DNA of 64,000 nucleotides from Pseudomonadota bacterium (GTDB lineage Bacteria; Pseudomonadota; Gammaproteobacteria; Xanthomonadales; Rhodanobacteraceae): NCBI GenBank assembly GCA_018240565.1, contig JAFEFO010000040.1, positions 37,000 to 100,999 of the forward strand, read 5' to 3'. Shown piece by piece: positions 62,623 to 64,000 of this stretch (position 1 is its first letter; each line of letters starts with the position of its first letter). The notes under the pieces were generated by a model. It saw only the letters and a program-made list of their open reading frames with translations, ran no database searches and was not told where the DNA came from. The position numbers and the translations under genes were made by a program.

Positions 62623-63324
62623 TCAGCCGGCGTCCACGATGCGGAAGACGTAGCCGCCGCGATGCACGGTGCCGATCCACGATTCGCCGTCGGCCGCCGG
62701 CCCGAGCTTGCGCCGCAATTTGGAAATGTGCACGTCGATGCTGCGGTCGAACGGACCGAGCGGACGACCGAGCACGTCCTGCGACAAGGTTTCCTTGCTG
62801 ACGACGTGGCCGGCCTCGCGCATCAGCACGGCGAGCACGTTGAACTCCGTGCCGGTCAATGCGAGCGGCTCGCCGCGCAGGGTGACGTTGCGCGAAGCGG
62901 CGCGCAGGGATACCGGCCCGATCGTTATGTCGGCCAGCTTCGGCGCGTCGCCGTCGCCGCGCGTGCGGCGCAGGATCGCGCGCAGGCGCGCGGCGATCTC
63001 GCGCGGATTGCACGGCTTGGGCACGTAGTCGTCGGCGCCGAGTTCCAGGCCCAGGATGCGGTCGATGTCCTCGCCCAGCGCGGTGAGCATGAGCACCGGC
63101 AAGGCATGGTCGCGGCGCAGCTCGCGCAGCAGTTCCAGGCCGGAGCGCTGCGGCAGCATCACGTCCAGGATCAAGGCGTCGTAGCCGCCGGCGCGCGCCA
63201 GTTCGAGCGCGCGGGCACCGTCGTGGCTCACGTCGACGGCAAAACCTTCGCGGACGAGGAAATCGCGCAGCAACTGGCACAACTCCTCGTCGTCGTCGGC
63301 CAGCAGGACTTTTGCTTCTCCCAT
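62623..63324 (-). CDS. cpxR: Response regulator CpxR
   Basis: KVLLADDDEEL..LL...L..EGF.V...HDG..AL....LDVM.P...G and LGLELGADDYVPKPCNPREIAARLRAILRR closely track E. coli CpxR (from memory). The start may be 63324 or 63351. Confidence 0.8.
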   Translation of the reverse strand: MGEAKVLLADDDEELCQLLRDFLVREGFAVDVSHDGARALELARAGGYDALILDVMLPQRSGLELLRELRRDHALPVLMLTALGEDIDRILGLELGADDYVPKPCNPREIAARLRAILRRTRGDGDAPKLADITIGPVSLRAASRNVTLRGEPLALTGTEFNVLAVLMREAGHVVSKETLSQDVLGRPLGPFDRSIDVHISKLRRKLGPAADGESWIGTVHRGGYVFRIVDAG

Positions 63325-63374
63325 GCTCGCCAGTGTACGCGATGCGCGCATTCGCGCGATCGCGTTTGCAAATG

Positions 63375-63390
63375 CTTACGTCCGATTACG
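63375..63390 (-). promoter_or_regulatory. CpxR-box-like direct repeat in the cpxR / 63457 divergent region
   Basis: The minus-strand reading is GTAAT-CGGAC-GTAAG. The tetramer spacing is identical to the E. coli consensus GTAAA-N5-GTAAA. Confidence 0.4.
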
Positions 63391-63456
63391 GGCCTTTTCG
63401 CCGTCGTCGCATGCGCCCGGCGTAGGATGCGTGGCGTCGAAGAATCGAGACAACGA

Positions 63457-64000
63457 AATGAACATGCGCCTGTGGATCGCCGTAGCCGCTGCGCTGGCCG
63501 CAGTGCCGGCGTTTGCCGAAACGCCGCCGGATTTCAGCGGTGAATGGGTCGCCAACGACGGACGTTCCGCCAGTGTCGACACAGCGGCACCAAGCCATAC
63601 GCCGGCGTCGCACGCGGGCGGGCGCGGCATGCATGGCGGTGGCATGGGTGGTGGCATGCACGGCGGTCGCAGTCATCGCGGTGGTCCGTCGAGCGGCAAT
63701 ACAGCGGTCGCCGACGCGAAGGCGAATGCCAATCCGCGGCGCGATGCGCACATGCTCGTCATCCGCCAGTCCGAAGTCGTGTTCGACATCGACGCCGATG
63801 GACAGCGCATGGTTTATCGTTTCGACAACCGCCGCAGCAATGGCACGCCGGCTGGCAGCACGGTCAAGCTGGACTGGATCTCGCCAAACATGCGCATCGA
63901 CACCAAGCCGCAGGGTGGCGGCGACATCGTCGAGAAATATTCAATGTCACCGGACGGCAAGAAATTGATTCTGACCATGCACGTGCAAAGCGCCGGCGAG
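63457..64000 (+). CDS. Periplasmic protein with a Gly/Met/His-rich tract (3' end lies outside the window)
   Basis: This is not in the ORF track because no stop is reached. It reads MNMRLWIAVAAALAAVPAFA / ETPPDFSGEW...SHAGGRGMHGGGMGGGMHGGRSHRGG..., open to nt 64000. Confidence 0.6.

Noticed and set aside
1..64000. A search for tRNA, rRNA, tmRNA, riboswitch-like or other structured RNA genes in the intergenic regions
   Set aside because: All gaps over 60 bp are accounted for by repeats, terminator-like hairpins or promoter regions. I saw nothing resembling a cloverleaf or a known riboswitch core. A covariance-model scan (Infernal/Rfam, tRNAscan-SE) would be needed to be sure.

Overview
High-G+C gammaproteobacterial chromosome segment. 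Gene content and order look Xanthomonadales/Lysobacterales-like, which is inference from synteny only. It is densely coded, with about 57 protein genes. I recognised no rRNA, tRNA, CRISPR array, transposase or integrase. Gene order, left to right: a type II secretion operon (gspG' H I J K, an adenosine-deaminase-family lipoprotein, gspL M N), followed by translationally coupled IMPase-family and membrane-protein genes; a secreted M16 peptidase; nudE-cysQ-mazG; a MAPEG gene; a PilZ/DUF486 pair; a beta-helix protein with an IPTL-CTERM-like tail; an OmpR-type two-component pair; iaaA; an outer-membrane barrel gene; mdtABC; dps; hrpA; a lower-G+C Ig-repeat surface protein; relA plus a Hanks kinase with a large TPR ectodomain; an operon of DUF4412, a 1452-aa multi-glycosyltransferase and a multicopper oxidase; yoaA-tsaB; a lower-G+C glycosylation islet (GH-like, GT-C, GT2) headed by vapBC; hprK-rapZ-EIIA(Man)-ptsH-ptsI; and cpxRA with a divergent Gly/Met/His-rich periplasmic gene. 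The most unusual signal is not a gene. Two families of palindromic repeats sit inside operons and inside hrpA, always in a stop-free frame. At two sites (mdtB/mdtC and rapZ/EIIA) the element is flanked by a duplicated copy of the ancestral ATGA stop/start junction, so a small element-encoded ORF begins and ends in ATGA overlaps with the flanking genes. All functional calls rest on motifs read from the translations. No database search was run.
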